NCBI GenBank assembly: GCA_009914755.4
Contig: CP068257.2
Span: 32,576,001 to 32,640,000, forward strand
Reading direction: 5' to 3'
Length of the DNA: 64,000 nt
Origin: the human T2T-CHM13v2.0 reference genome, Homo sapiens
The translations under genes were made by a program, and so were the position numbers. Below, in pieces: positions 13,840 to 28,370 of this stretch. Position 1 is the first letter of the stretch; every line of letters starts with the position of its first letter. Below the pieces are notes generated by a model. The model was not told where the DNA came from and made no database searches. It saw only the letters and a list, made by a program, of their open reading frames with translations.

Positions 13840-14939
13840 ATATTTAGGGGTTCCTATGTTATTGACCATGGAAAATCGAGAATGGATTTTTACATTTTGT
13901 TGAGTTCTGTTTGCACATACACAGAGGTGATTACATAATTTTCTCCTTAGAATTATTATTATTTGAATTGGATTTTTTCACGCTGAACCATCTTTCCATT
14001 CCTGGAATAAGGCCCATTTTGTCAAGGTGAACATTATTGTTTCACTTGCTGATGAATTCTGTTGGCTGATATATTTGCTAACATTTTATTTATAAAAGTG
14101 CACAAATCTTTAGTTTACATAAAGTATAGAGATACGTAGTGTACAAATATATGAATTTATACATATACATGCATATGTTTATGTATGCAATATATACATA
14201 AGAATTTGAATATAAAAAATATAATAAAAAGCTAATAGATGAGAAAAATAGAATAGAAAAATACATGATCAATCCTGAAAAAGGCAGAAAACGAGAAACA
14301 AAGGAGTAGAAAAGATGAAATAAATAGAAAATAAATACCAACATGGTAGGACTTAATGCACTTATACCAGTAACTAAATATAAATACAAAACACTCCAAT
14401 TAAAAGAAAAGCTTGTTGGATTAAATGAAAAGTGTTGAGACCCATGTGTATACTGTTTACAGTGAATACATACTAAATAGAAGGACAAAGTTAGGATGAA
14501 AATAAAAGAATGAAAAATGTTGTACCAAGCAATATTGACCCAAACAAATTTTGTGTGGCTATGTTAATATCAGAAAACCGTACATTAGGGGAAGAAATAT
14601 TACTAGAGAGAAAAAGAGATGCTTTGTTATAATAAAGTGATCAATTTGACAAGAATATCTAAGAATTGAAACTTATATGCATCTAATAACATCATTCAAA
14701 ATATAAATCAACAAAATGAAAGGAAGAAAGAATAAAGCATCAGTCATGGTTGAGGATTAATCGTGTATTTTTCTATTCTATGTTCTTATCTATTAGCTTT
14801 TTAGTTATACTTTGTGTGATTGCCCTAAAGATTTCATTATGTATGCTTGACTTATTACTTTCTACCTTAAGTTACTTTTACTTCTTAATTAATAATAATG
14901 CAATAACCTTATGACAGGTTAAGTCCATTACTCCCTCCC

Positions 14940-15347
14940 ACACATGGTGACCCCACCCAAATCTCATGTTGAATTGTAATCCCCAGTGTTGAAGGTGAGA
15001 CCTGGTGGGAGGTGATTGGATCATGAGGGCAGAGTTCTCATGAATGGTTTAGCACTGTCCCCCCTTGGTACTGTATAGTGAGTGAGTTCTCACCAGATTT
15101 GGTTGTGTAAAAGTGTGTGATACCTTCACCCTCTCTCTCTCTTCCTCCTGCTTTGATCATGTAAGACGTGTCTGCTTCCCCTTCACTTTCTGCCATGACT
15201 GTAAGTTTCCTGCGGTCTCCCCAGAAGCTGATGCTGTCACACTTCCCATGCAGCCTGCAGAACCATGAGCCAATTAAACCTCTTTTCTTTATAAATTACC
15301 CAGTCTCTGGTATTTCTTTAAAGCAGTTCGAGAACAGACTGATGTAC
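14940..15347 (+). mobile_element. MaLR solo LTR (MST/THE1-like)
   Basis: ccccacccaaatctcatgttgaattgtaatccccagtgttgaaggtgagacctggtgggaggtgattggatcatgagggcag ... aaacctcttttctttataaattacccagtctctggtatttctttaaagcagttcgagaacagactgatgtac. Confidence 0.75.
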
Positions 15348-15685
15348 TTGGGGTATTGTATAATTTTAACTTGACGTGTGTCATAAAGCTCATAAGACAT
15401 TATTATCTTTTTTGCTTCAGACAGAAAATATTTTTAAATCTTTTCCTACATGTTTATTCTTTTCAGTGCTGTGTGTTCCTTCCTCAAGTTCTGTGCTTCT
15501 ATCTGGAAACATTTTTCTTCAGCTTGAAAAAAATTGTTCTGTAGTATTTCATGTAGTGCTTCTCCACTGAGGATGAGTTTTCTCAGCTTTCCCCCCCCTG
15601 CATTTATTTTTATTTTGCCTTCAGATCTAAAGAACCTTTAGCTACATATAGCATCCTAACTTGATATTTTACTTTAACACTTTAA

Positions 15686-16423
<738 letters not shown>

Positions 16424-16867
16424 TACTTTTTTTTTTCTAGCTGCCTTTGAGGTTTTCTTATTCATCTTTGGTCTTCAGCTGTTTAACTCCGATATGTCTT
16501 GGTGTGATTTTCTTTTTATTTACCTTCCCTGTGGATCACTGAGACTCTGGATCAATGGGTTGACATCTTTCATCAGTGTGTTAGAAAGTTCTTGGCTATT
16601 ATCTCTTCAAATATTGCCATGCCCTTACCTCTCTATTCTCTCTTTCTTGACTCCATTTAGGCATTTATTAGATCTTTTGACTGTGTCCCAAATTTCACTT
16701 ATGTTTTATTTTGTTATTTCCATTCATTTTTCTCTCTGTGTTTTATATTGCTTTTTGGTTTACTAATCCTGTCTTTTGCTTTGTATAGTTTTCTTTCAAA
16801 GCCAACAAGTTCTTAATTTCAGCCATTGTATTTTTAGTTGTGGAATGTCCACTTGAGTATATTCTAA

Positions 16868-17217
<350 letters not shown>

Positions 17218-19240
17218 TCATTTTTCATATTTTTTCAGAATCATAAAGTCTGCAGATGATATCTCTACCACTGAGGGTTGCCTTTTCCTTCTTTTAGGCA
17301 GATAAGATGAAAAGAGGATTGTTTCAATCCAATCAGGGACTGGGTGGGCTTGAGGCTGGATTCTACTTTAGTAGATGATTTTCACCCCTGATTTGCCTGG
17401 AAAGTCCTGTCTTTTGGAGGTTTTGAGCTAAACGATCATCCCAAGAAAGTTAAAATTTGGCAAATGTCTTGAGGGGAAGACTGGCCATGTATTTTGCAGG
17501 CTTCTCCCTCTGATGAGAGTTCGTTTCCTAAACACCTACAAGACTGAAGAATATTTCACTCTGCCTTTCTGACCCTGTTCCCCTCGGGACACCCCAGAAC
17601 TTAGCAAATGTCTCATGGGAAAAAATTGCTTTGTATTTTGGGCTCTTGTAATTTCTAATCCATTGCACTAGCTGAAAGCTTTGCTGGCTTCTCTTCCCGT
17701 GTAGAGTTCCTCTGTTTGAGGCAGGCTGATTATTAGCTCACATTCAGCTCATCTAGGATGAGCTCTTCCTCTTCTGGAATTTTTCTTTACCTAGTCCTTG
17801 TTGTTTCCGTGATTCTCTACTGTCTTTAGAGTATGATTATTTCTCATTTACCTGGTTGTTATTACAGATTGTTGATCTTTCTGACCTACGGTATTCCACA
17901 AGTATGTAGAGTACAAGAAGGCCAAGTATCCTGTTTATCAGTCTTTTATATTTAGTATTTGTTGTTGTTGGTTCGTTTGTTTGTTGCTTCAGTATCCATA
18001 AGTGAAATTAATTTATGAATTTTTGTGTGCAGTCGTTGTTAGGCTTTCTATTGCGGTTATTTCAGAAAGAGCATTTGAACATTTTTCTCTTAAAAATGCT
18101 CTGGCACAGTTTAAATACCATTGGACCTACTGCTCTTTAATGAGAAATGAACTTGGTTTGGAGCTTTTATTGGCAGAGGGTGGCAGGGAGAGTCTTTTGG
18201 GAAAATTTCTTTGTTTCTCTATGGGTATTAGTTTATTAGATCTTCTCATTCTTCTAGTGTGTTTTAACAAGTTATATTTTCTTTTACGGCATTGTACAAT
18301 ATAAGTTGTACAGTGCATATTTATATTATACAATATAAATATAAAGCTATATATAGGCAGAGGCAACATAAGTTGCCTATATAAACAGAGGCAACTTATA
18401 ATAAAGCCATTGTAAATGGAAAATATCATAAGTCAAAATGAGTTTAACATTACCTGACCTACTGAACATTATAACAGCACAGCCTACCTTAAACTTGCTC
18501 AGAACACTAACATTAGCCTACAGTTGTGTAAAATCATCTAATACAAAGGCTATTTTATAATAAAGTGTTAAATATTTTATGTAATTTATTGAATACTCTC
18601 CTGAAAGTGAAAAACAGGATGGTTGTATGGGTATACTTGAAGCATTGTATCTACCGAATGTGTATTGCTTTCACACCATTGTAAGTTAAGGACCATCTGT
18701 ATAATTTCACATTTTTCTGGTAGCCATATTTTAAAAGTTTTTAAAAAGCAGATGAAATTATTTTAAATAATATTTTATTGAACCAAATGTATCTAACATA
18801 TTATAATTTCAACATGTAATCAATTGAAATTTTTAATGAAAAACTCTTTTTTGCTTTATTAAATCTTCGAAATTTAGTGGCATTTTGTGCTTACAACACA
18901 TCTCAGTTTATACTAATTCCATTTTAAGTGTTCAATTTTCACATTTGGCTAGTGGCTACTGTATTGAACAGCTCAATTCTGGGACATTGTCCTTTTTATC
19001 CATATATTTGAAGATTTATTTTTATTATGTTGAAAAAAGTAATTCTGTATAATTTATTTAATTTCCATGATTTCTCTGGTTGTTTGAATTTATTTAATCT
19101 CATTTTATATATTTACTTTCTTCCTTCTTCTTGATTTTGTTAGCCAGAAGTTTATATATTGCATTGTTATTTTGTTTTTCAATGAAACAGCTGTTGCATT
19201 ATTTATCAGTTAGGTCTATAGTCTTCTATTTTATAATTTC

Positions 19241-19527
19241 TTTTTTTTTTTTTTTTTTAGTTTCACTCTGTCGCCTAGGCTGGAGTGCAGTGGCATGATC
19301 TCACTGCAACCTCTGCCTCTCCAGTTCAAGCAGTTCTTGTGCCTCAGCCTCCAAGTAGCTGTGACTACAGGTGCATGCCACCATGCCTGGCTAATTTTTT
19401 GTATTTTTTTAAGTAAAAATGGGGTTTTGCTATGTTAGCCCGGCTGGTGGCAAACTCCTGGCCTCAAGCGATCCACCTGCCTTGGCCTCCTGAAGTACTG
19501 GGATTACAGGCGTGAGCCACTATGCCC
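19241..19527 (-). mobile_element. Alu
   Basis: T18 + agtttcactctgtcgcctaggctggagtgcagtggcatgatctcactgcaacctctgcc ... gggattacaggcgtgagccactatgccc. Confidence 0.9.
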
Positions 19528-19544
19528 ATTCTGGTTTATAATCA

Positions 19545-20380
19545 TCCTATTCTAACTTTTTCATAGTTAACTTATTCATTCAGCCATCCTATCCTTCGGT
19601 TCATGTGGTTGCTTTTTTCTGACTTATTTATTATGTTGTTTCATTCACTTTTTAAATTTTTTTATGCTTATTAATACAGTTAAATAAGGCTCTGCATTTT
19701 CACCAAGTACTGCTTTAGCTGTATGGCTATAGGTACTGATGGCAGTGTCTTCCTTATTACCATCTTCTGTTATTTTGTGTTAATGTTTGCATTTTTTTCT
19801 TTGACTCAAGAATTGTTTAAAAGAGTACTTAAAATTATTCACATAGTAATTGCTTTTTGCTTTTTTAATTTCTGATGTTATTTCTACATTGTCATTAAAG
19901 AAATTTTTTTGTTCTATTTTTGTTTTTCGAAAATTTTGAGGTTTTGTGGTCACTTGACAATATGGTCTCTTGTTTTTTTTTTTCCTTATTTATTATGTAA
20001 CTTAGTTCTCCTTCAACCTTGTTAATGTTTTCACACTTGCGTTGTTCAGCTTTAATGTCTATCTCTCTTTGCCTGTGGTATTCTGTAGTTTCCTATGATG
20101 TATTTCAGCATGTAGTTATTTGAATTATCCTTCTTAGGTTTTGGTATACTTTTTAAACTGAGGCTTCATATCTTACTTCAATATTCAAGAGTTCTCAGTC
20201 ATTACCTCTTTGAATATTGCCCAATTCCTTCTTTTCTGTATTGGACCTCCTCTTAGACATATGTTGGTTCTTCTCATTTAAATGTTCATGTTTCTTCTCT
20301 CTCATATTTTCCATGTCTTTATTTTTTGAGGCATGTTGGGTAAGTTTGTCTAACCTTCCAGTTTCTTTTTGTTGTTGTTG
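19545..20380 (-). mobile_element. Old L1-like antisense fragment (tentative)
   Basis: AT-rich and T-rich with the general composition of antisense L1M ORF2; weak recall-based match only. Confidence 0.3.
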
Positions 20381-20382
20381 TT

Positions 20383-21137
<755 letters not shown>

Positions 21138-21240
21138 TTTGTTTAAACATATTAAAAATCTTCCTTTATCAATTTAAACATATTAAATTTCTTCCTTTAT
21201 CTATTTAAACATATTAAAACATGTTAAATTTAAACATATT
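21138..21240. repeat. Local tandem duplications of a ~30-bp unit derived from the Alu target site
   Basis: tttaaacatattaaaaatcttcctttatcaatttaaacatattaaatttcttcctttatctatttaaacatattaaaacatgttaaatttaaacatatt. Confidence 0.6.
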
Positions 21241-23392
21241 GTCCTATTATCTTTGGTTCTTGATATGCAATTATTCCTATTTATTGGATCTGTGGATTTT
21301 CCCTCATGGTGATTCATTTCCTCAAATAGTTTGTTATTTCTGCTTATCTTTAGTGTGGCTCATATTTTTATGGTAAGGCCCTATTCCCTGGGTTTGGGGA
21401 TCACCTCTACAGAATTGGTTTGCATTTTTCTCTAACGTGGTCCTTGTGGATTTCTTGAGTTCTGAACTACTTTTTACATTGATTTGTGGCTTGAGGCCAT
21501 CGTGCTAGGCAGGTAGTGGTAAGTCACTATCCTAACAGCCCTGGCCTGGATTCTGATTTCTAGTATTTTTCTCTTTTTCTTCCCCAAGTTGCAAGTGGAT
21601 GGCAAGCTTCCTTGTGACTTCTCATCCTGGTGAGTAGAATTTTTCTTATCCATGTTTCTTATTTTAAGTTAGAAGCAGCAGTTTATGAAACCTAAAATCC
21701 TATGAATTTTAGCTCTTTGGCACAGCACTTCCTGTGCACACACTAGATTCTGCCCAGGCTCGTTTCTCATGTGGGCATTAAATCTGCACCTCCCAGCCTA
21801 TGTCAAGTCCCACTTTTCCATACGTCCCTCGTCTTGAGCTCCTATCATCACTTTCACTTTTCACGCCTTGGAGGCTATGAATACATTTTTTTCTTGTTAA
21901 GTTTTATCCAGAATTTTAATGTGTGAAACAGGATTGAGGGATTTACCAACATAATGTCCAGACATCCATAAGTGAGATTTGAAGAGAACATTTTTTTTTA
22001 CAATAAATTAAATATGACTCTATTATTGAGTAAAAATTTGAAATTTGCCTTAATTTTTAAGATAGTCTGAACACTAAAGAAATTTTGTTTGCGACAGAGA
22101 TTTGGGCCAATTGCCTTCATCCCCTGAGGTTACATGTTTGTTCTATTTTGTCATCGGGGGTACTTCTGTGGAAAGTTTGAGAGGCCTTGCCCTGAGGTGA
22201 CCTTGACTGCTAGGATGGAAGTCATTCCGTGGGCAAATCCCCTGACACGTAAATTACCCACTCGCTAGCTCACTGGGCTGTAGCTGTTGTTTTGCCTAGG
22301 CTTGGGCTAAAACGTCAGGAAGCAGATTTTTAAAAATTATTGTTACTCATGACAAAAAGCTTAAACACTACAAAAGGCTGTAAAGTGGAAAGAAAAAGAG
22401 CCCTAAGCAGTCTCCCTAGTCTCCCCCTCCTATTCCCATAAGTCCTCACTGCTAACAGCTTCTCACAAACCTTTCCAGAAATGTTATATTTGTAGATACA
22501 GATTTCTTCTTTTTTTAAAAAAAACCAAATGAAATCATAGTATACATGTTCTGCAGATTGAAAAAAATTCATCAATGCATTTTGGATATTTTTCCATATC
22601 AGCACATGTAGCCTTCCCTCGTGTTTTCAGCAGCTGTAGTGGATTTCCTGTGCATTAATAGATGTAGGGTTTCTTTCCCATATGTGTGCTATTTACAAAA
22701 ACAATTTAGGGAGCATACTTGTGCAGACATCTTTTTGTTAAGTGTGTGAGCAGATTTGTAGGTTAAATGCTGGGCTGAAGGTATGCGCCTTTGAGCTTTT
22801 GATGGACAAGTTTGAAGTGCTTTCCAAAAAAAGCTGCAGCAATTTGCACTCCCAGAAACAGTAGAAGACCCACCCAGTGAGCAGGACTAAGGAGCCTCCA
22901 GATTTGTCCTTTCTGCCTGCCTGGCATCCTCAAAGCATGCAGGGATGTTGCTGTCTGACACCCTTCCTCCCGAAGCTGAACTGGCTGTCAAGAACAAAAA
23001 TCTGGTTATTGATATCAAGATCAGATGCTGCTTGATTTTGAGGGATATGGTTGCTTGAGTGGCTTTGGTATTCCAAATAGAGATTAGGGATGGGCCAGAT
23101 GCTGGTTGGGGGGCATAGGGGACAGTGGATGAAAAAGCAATCTATTCATGGATTCACCAAACTCTTTATTTCTTAACAAGTATTATTGTTTTTTGATAAG
23201 TAAGACATTTTCACTGTTAAAAAAGGGGGAAATATGAAAACACACAAAGTAGTTAATAAAGCTACTGATACGTGGGTAATTAAATAATGCTAATTAAATA
23301 AAACTACTTTGTATGTGGGGTAACTGATACCCCAGACAGTTAATAAAAATAATTCCAATGCTGAGATGAACACTGTGTTTGGTCATTTCTCT

Positions 23393-23741
23393 GAGCCACT
23401 TCCCAACTATCCTAATTCCCCAGCTACCCAGTCTCTCTCCAGGACTTCCCAGACCTTCTTATGGTTCAGAAACTAATAGGTCAACACCCAGTACAGCAAA
23501 ATATGGCCTTTTGTTTTTTTCTTTTGGGTGCATATGCATATGTGTACACCCTACACATAGGAATGATAGAATATTTAACAGCTGGTTCCGCATGGGCACG
23601 ACCAACGGGGTGGACAGGAGTCTGGGAGGCTGGCTTTTGCTGTACTGGGTGTTGACCCATTAGGTTCTAGACCATGGGAAGGTCTGGGAAGTCCTGGGTT
23701 GTGGGGGAGTTAGGAGGACTGGGGAGTGGCTTGGGAAGTGA
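23393..23741. repeat. Long imperfect palindrome: ~105-bp inverted arms (~85-90% identity) around a 141-bp spacer. Possibly a MITE or hairpin-forming element.
   Basis: Left arm ...ccaggacttcccagaccttcttatggttcagaaactaataggtcaacacccagtacagc (to 23497). Right arm gctgtactgggtgttgacccattaggttctagaccatgggaaggtctgggaagtcctgg... (from 23639). The final 19 bp are identical; outer flanks gccacttcccaa / ttgggaagtgac are also inverted. Confidence 0.65.
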
Positions 23742-23780
23742 CTATTTATCATTTATTATGAAATGTTTTTAATATTTTAT

Positions 23781-24078
<298 letters not shown>

Positions 24079-24437
24079 TAATATTTTAGCACCCTCTGTG
24101 TCCATACTGGTGCATACTGCCCTCTAAGTGTGCATTCCAGTTTGTGTACTTTTAAATATAATTAAAACCATACATTGCACCAACTATTTGCTGCTTACAA
24201 GAGATATGCTTTAATGATAAGGATACAGAAAGTTTGGAAGTAAAGCTAGAAAGATACACCATGCAAATAGTTACCAAAATTTATACTGATCTTAATGATT
24301 TGTAACTCTTTTAACTTACCATTGTCCCTATGGTAAAACATTCTTCTGTGTTGTTGCATATTATGTTATGGAATGCATGTATCATCATTCATTTAGCTAA
24401 TGAAAATATTATTAGACATTTTAGTAATTTCTAGCAT

Positions 24438-24745
<308 letters not shown>

Positions 24746-27734
24746 TAACTTTTTAATATAAAAAATAACACTAGGTTGAATAATTTTGAGTGTATAGTAC
24801 CACCTCAGGTAATTCTTCATTTCTTTCCTCAGGATACATTTTTGGCTATAGAACCATGACTTTAAAGTTTATGTACATTTTAAAGTCTTTTTGCTCTATT
24901 TTGCTAAAATGACCTCTAGAAAGTTTGCATGGATTTCTAGTGCCATTAGCAGCACGTAACAGTCCCAGTGCCACCTCCCGTCTCTGCGTGGTATTCGTCA
25001 CCATTTTATGATGAAGCAAATAAGTGAACAAACCAGAAAAAGAAAAAAAGAAACAAATGCGTCTATTTTTTAAGCTTTCCTTTTTTTGTTACTCACAAGT
25101 GGTAGCATTTTAATGTTTTTTATGTGCTGTGAATTGTGTACACTTTATATGTGTGTTCATATTTTAAAGACTGATCTGTAAGAGTTCCTGATAAAATAAG
25201 GATATCAAGCCTCTGTCATAAATGTTGCAAATATTCTCCTCAGTTTTTTGGCCATTCCTTGGTAGTTCTTTTTGAAAAGGTATTTGATATACAGTCAAGT
25301 TTTATCTTTTTACTTCTCACCTGTGAGTCAGCTACAAGTTCGGCATTGCATTTTACTAGGTGGAGGATGCCCTCAAGTCCTAAGAGGTTTAGAAATACTG
25401 GTGGAGTCTCTTTGTCCAACCCCATTAGGGAAGTGTGTTAATGGACAACTGAGATTTTATAGAATCTGAAGGAGATAGGGGCTTTGGGTAAAGCTTCCTT
25501 TACTGCTGCCTGGATTGCTTCTAAAGCTTCTTGCTATTGGATCCCCCTCAAATGTGGCCACTTGCCTAGTGATTTGGGATAGAGGCTGAATTGAAACTCC
25601 CTGGGGTGTGAAGTATATTGTTTCGCAATTTCAAGGAGGCCACTATGATATGGAGCCTCCTTTTTGTTGTTGGTGAATTCAGGGCAAGCAGACTGTCTTT
25701 TCATAGCCTATAAAATGTCTCTTTAGATCTAAATGTCACTTTGGGTATTGGGAGCTTGGATTTTGTCCTCCCTCAAAGCCCATCCATCTGTAGTCAGTAG
25801 TACTTGAGTGGCTCAGAATGCAGAGCCACTTGTTTTCTTGGTGGAGATCATTAATGAAATGCTTAGAATTCCCACCGTGGTCTTGATACCAGATGGAGAA
25901 TGAAGCCCACACCAAAAGCAGAGATGGAAAGAACTGGATAATTGTTGACATTCTTAAACCACTTATTCAACTGTCTCCAAAACTCCCCTACAGAGCATTT
26001 GTATTATATAAGAGAATGCATTATCTTATTGATGATGCTGGTTCAAGCAGGGGTTTCTGTTATTTGTAGCCAAAGCCTCCCAGTAGGTGGAGTGGCAATA
26101 TTGCCAAAGCCCCATGAAGCCCCATGGCTTCTTTGTACGCCCCGGAGCAGAATCTAAAACACACAGATCCGTTGCTGTTTTGCAAATCTTCGAGTTGAAA
26201 TGTCCTCGTGGCTCTCCTGTAGTGAGCCAGTCCTTTCTCCTTGGCTGAAGTTTCCCCTTCCTTTCAGCTCTCACTCTTTTGAAAGACCACCCTCCCTGCA
26301 CTCATCTTCCCTTCAGCCTCCTGTTTGGGGGAAGGACGACTCACTGCTGTGGGGTAAAGGGAGGGCTCACCGGTGTCGGGGAGTGAAGAGGCAGCTCACT
26401 CACTACTTGGGAGGCAAAGAGTATTTCCAGCCAGAGAAGATTTGGAGAAGACTGGTCACATGGAGCATGTTTGGCTTGCAACGTCTCCCTGTCTGGGAAC
26501 TTTAAGTGGCCTGGGATACTGCTTTTGGGGGCTACTGAGAAGCTCAGAAATAATGGGCTTTGGAGTCATTTAATAGCTACTTCACCTTGATAGTGTGGTC
26601 TCTTTCCTTCTCTCTGCTCTGTCATGCTTGGTATTGGCCCCATCCTTGTAGCTGGCTTCAAGATGACAGCATCAGCTTGAGAAATAACATCCTGAGGAGT
26701 GAAGGACACTCTTCCTGTGGCTTCTTCTCAGAAGAGAAGACATTCCCAGTCCTCACTGTACCCCCACTGCAGGTTCTATTCACATTGTAATGGTCATCAC
26801 TGTGCCTTAGGCTTATCTTGAGAAAATCACTGGCTACTGGGAATAGAGGAATCTTGGGCCCTTTCAGGCTCTTCTTCCCTGAGGCCCTGCCCTGGGCACA
26901 CAGCTGTATGAGAGTGGAGCAGATATCTGAACAAAATGGGGGTTCTTCGAAGAAGGAGGATGGTGATAATGGATACCATGACAATCAAAGGCACCATCTA
27001 TAAATACCATTTGTGGAGTTTCACCATGTTCCAGGACTATAATATTTCTAACACCCCCTCAACCTCAGCAGTGAAGTCATATTATTATCTGGTTTTACAG
27101 AGGAAAAGACTATGCTCAAAGGTCAAGATCTTTTGATATTGTTAAGTGAAACTTTTTCTAAAATACTGTGGTAATAGAGTTTGCCAGTGGGCAGCCCAGA
27201 GATAGAACTTCCTGGGTGGTGCAGGGACTTCAGCCAAGTGCTATGTGAGACTTGTCCCCTGCACCTTTCATTGAGCTCCTCAGGTACTGACTCCCCACTG
27301 GATGCTTCTTGCCTCTCACCATAGAAAAATCACGATCAGCAAAGTCAGGCCTGTTTCTAACATGGGAAGTCTTGCCAGGCACCAGGTAGACTTACATTGG
27401 AGGACAAGGTCAGAAACAAACCTTTATAGATTCGAATGTCTTCCCGCCCCCACCCCAGCCCACTTGGGGCCACCCAAAAAATGATGCCCTGGAGCCTTGG
27501 CATGCCATTAAAAGTGAAGAAATGCTTAATCAAATCACGCCACTTGAAGCGAGTTGAGTTGGAATGAAAAAATTGTGCAGTGCTGCCCGCAGTGGAAATT
27601 TACCAGGCCAAAGTGGACACCAAATACTCCCAGGTTGTTTTGAAATAGATACGGTCGCGTTCTGTAAAGTTCTGAGATCCCTTTCCAAATATTTGAAAAT
27701 CTTTCCATTAACTAGGATTGCTTTAGAAGAACAC

Positions 27735-27758
27735 ACACACACACACACACACCTCCCC
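27735..27758. repeat. (CA)n microsatellite
   Basis: acacacacacacacacacacacc. Confidence 0.9.
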
Positions 27759-28249
27759 AACCCCAAAGGCTTATGCTATGTGCATGGAAGAAACAGAAAA
27801 CTCTAGACACCCCAAATATCTCTTGAAATTGGCAGAGATCCATGAATCCCCTCTGTTGTCTGTTGAGACAGCTCTCATTTTTTTAAAGTTTATTTGCGTA
27901 TTCCCCCTCAAAAATGTCATGACTAACTTTCCATTCATTATCAAAATATTCTTTTGCCACTAATTTCCCTTCTTGGTTAAAATAAACAAAACAGAGTGAA
28001 TGCTGTTGGCATTGCATCTAGGATGCACTCAGCTGTAAACAAGAGAACATTTTCTTAACGGATCTTGAAAAGTCCTCCCGTGAGAATTTCCTGTGCAGTC
28101 TGTCTCTGTTTCTTAACTCCATTTGGCGTGGAGGGCAGAGACTCAGCGGCGGCAGGAAAGGGGAGGCTGCCTCGGGCTTGCCAGGGTCCAACGTCTCATC
28201 CCCCGCGGCCAGGCCCCTGCAAGGTACCTGTGGAGTCTTCACATGACGT

Positions 28250-28370
28250 GGACGCCGGGGCTGGCTACCGTGTGACCTCGGGTGGCCATTGAACATCTTT
28301 GGACCTCAGTTTTCTCAGCCATAAAATGAAGCCATCGGATCTGATGATCTCTAAGCTCCATCCTGTACCA
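28250..28370 (+). mobile_element. MIR SINE fragment
   Basis: ctaccgtgtgacctcgggtggccattgaacatctttggacctcagttttctcagccataaaatgaag resembles MIR ctgtgtgaccttgggcaagtcacttaacctctctgagcctcagtttcctcatctgtaaaatgggg. Confidence 0.55.
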
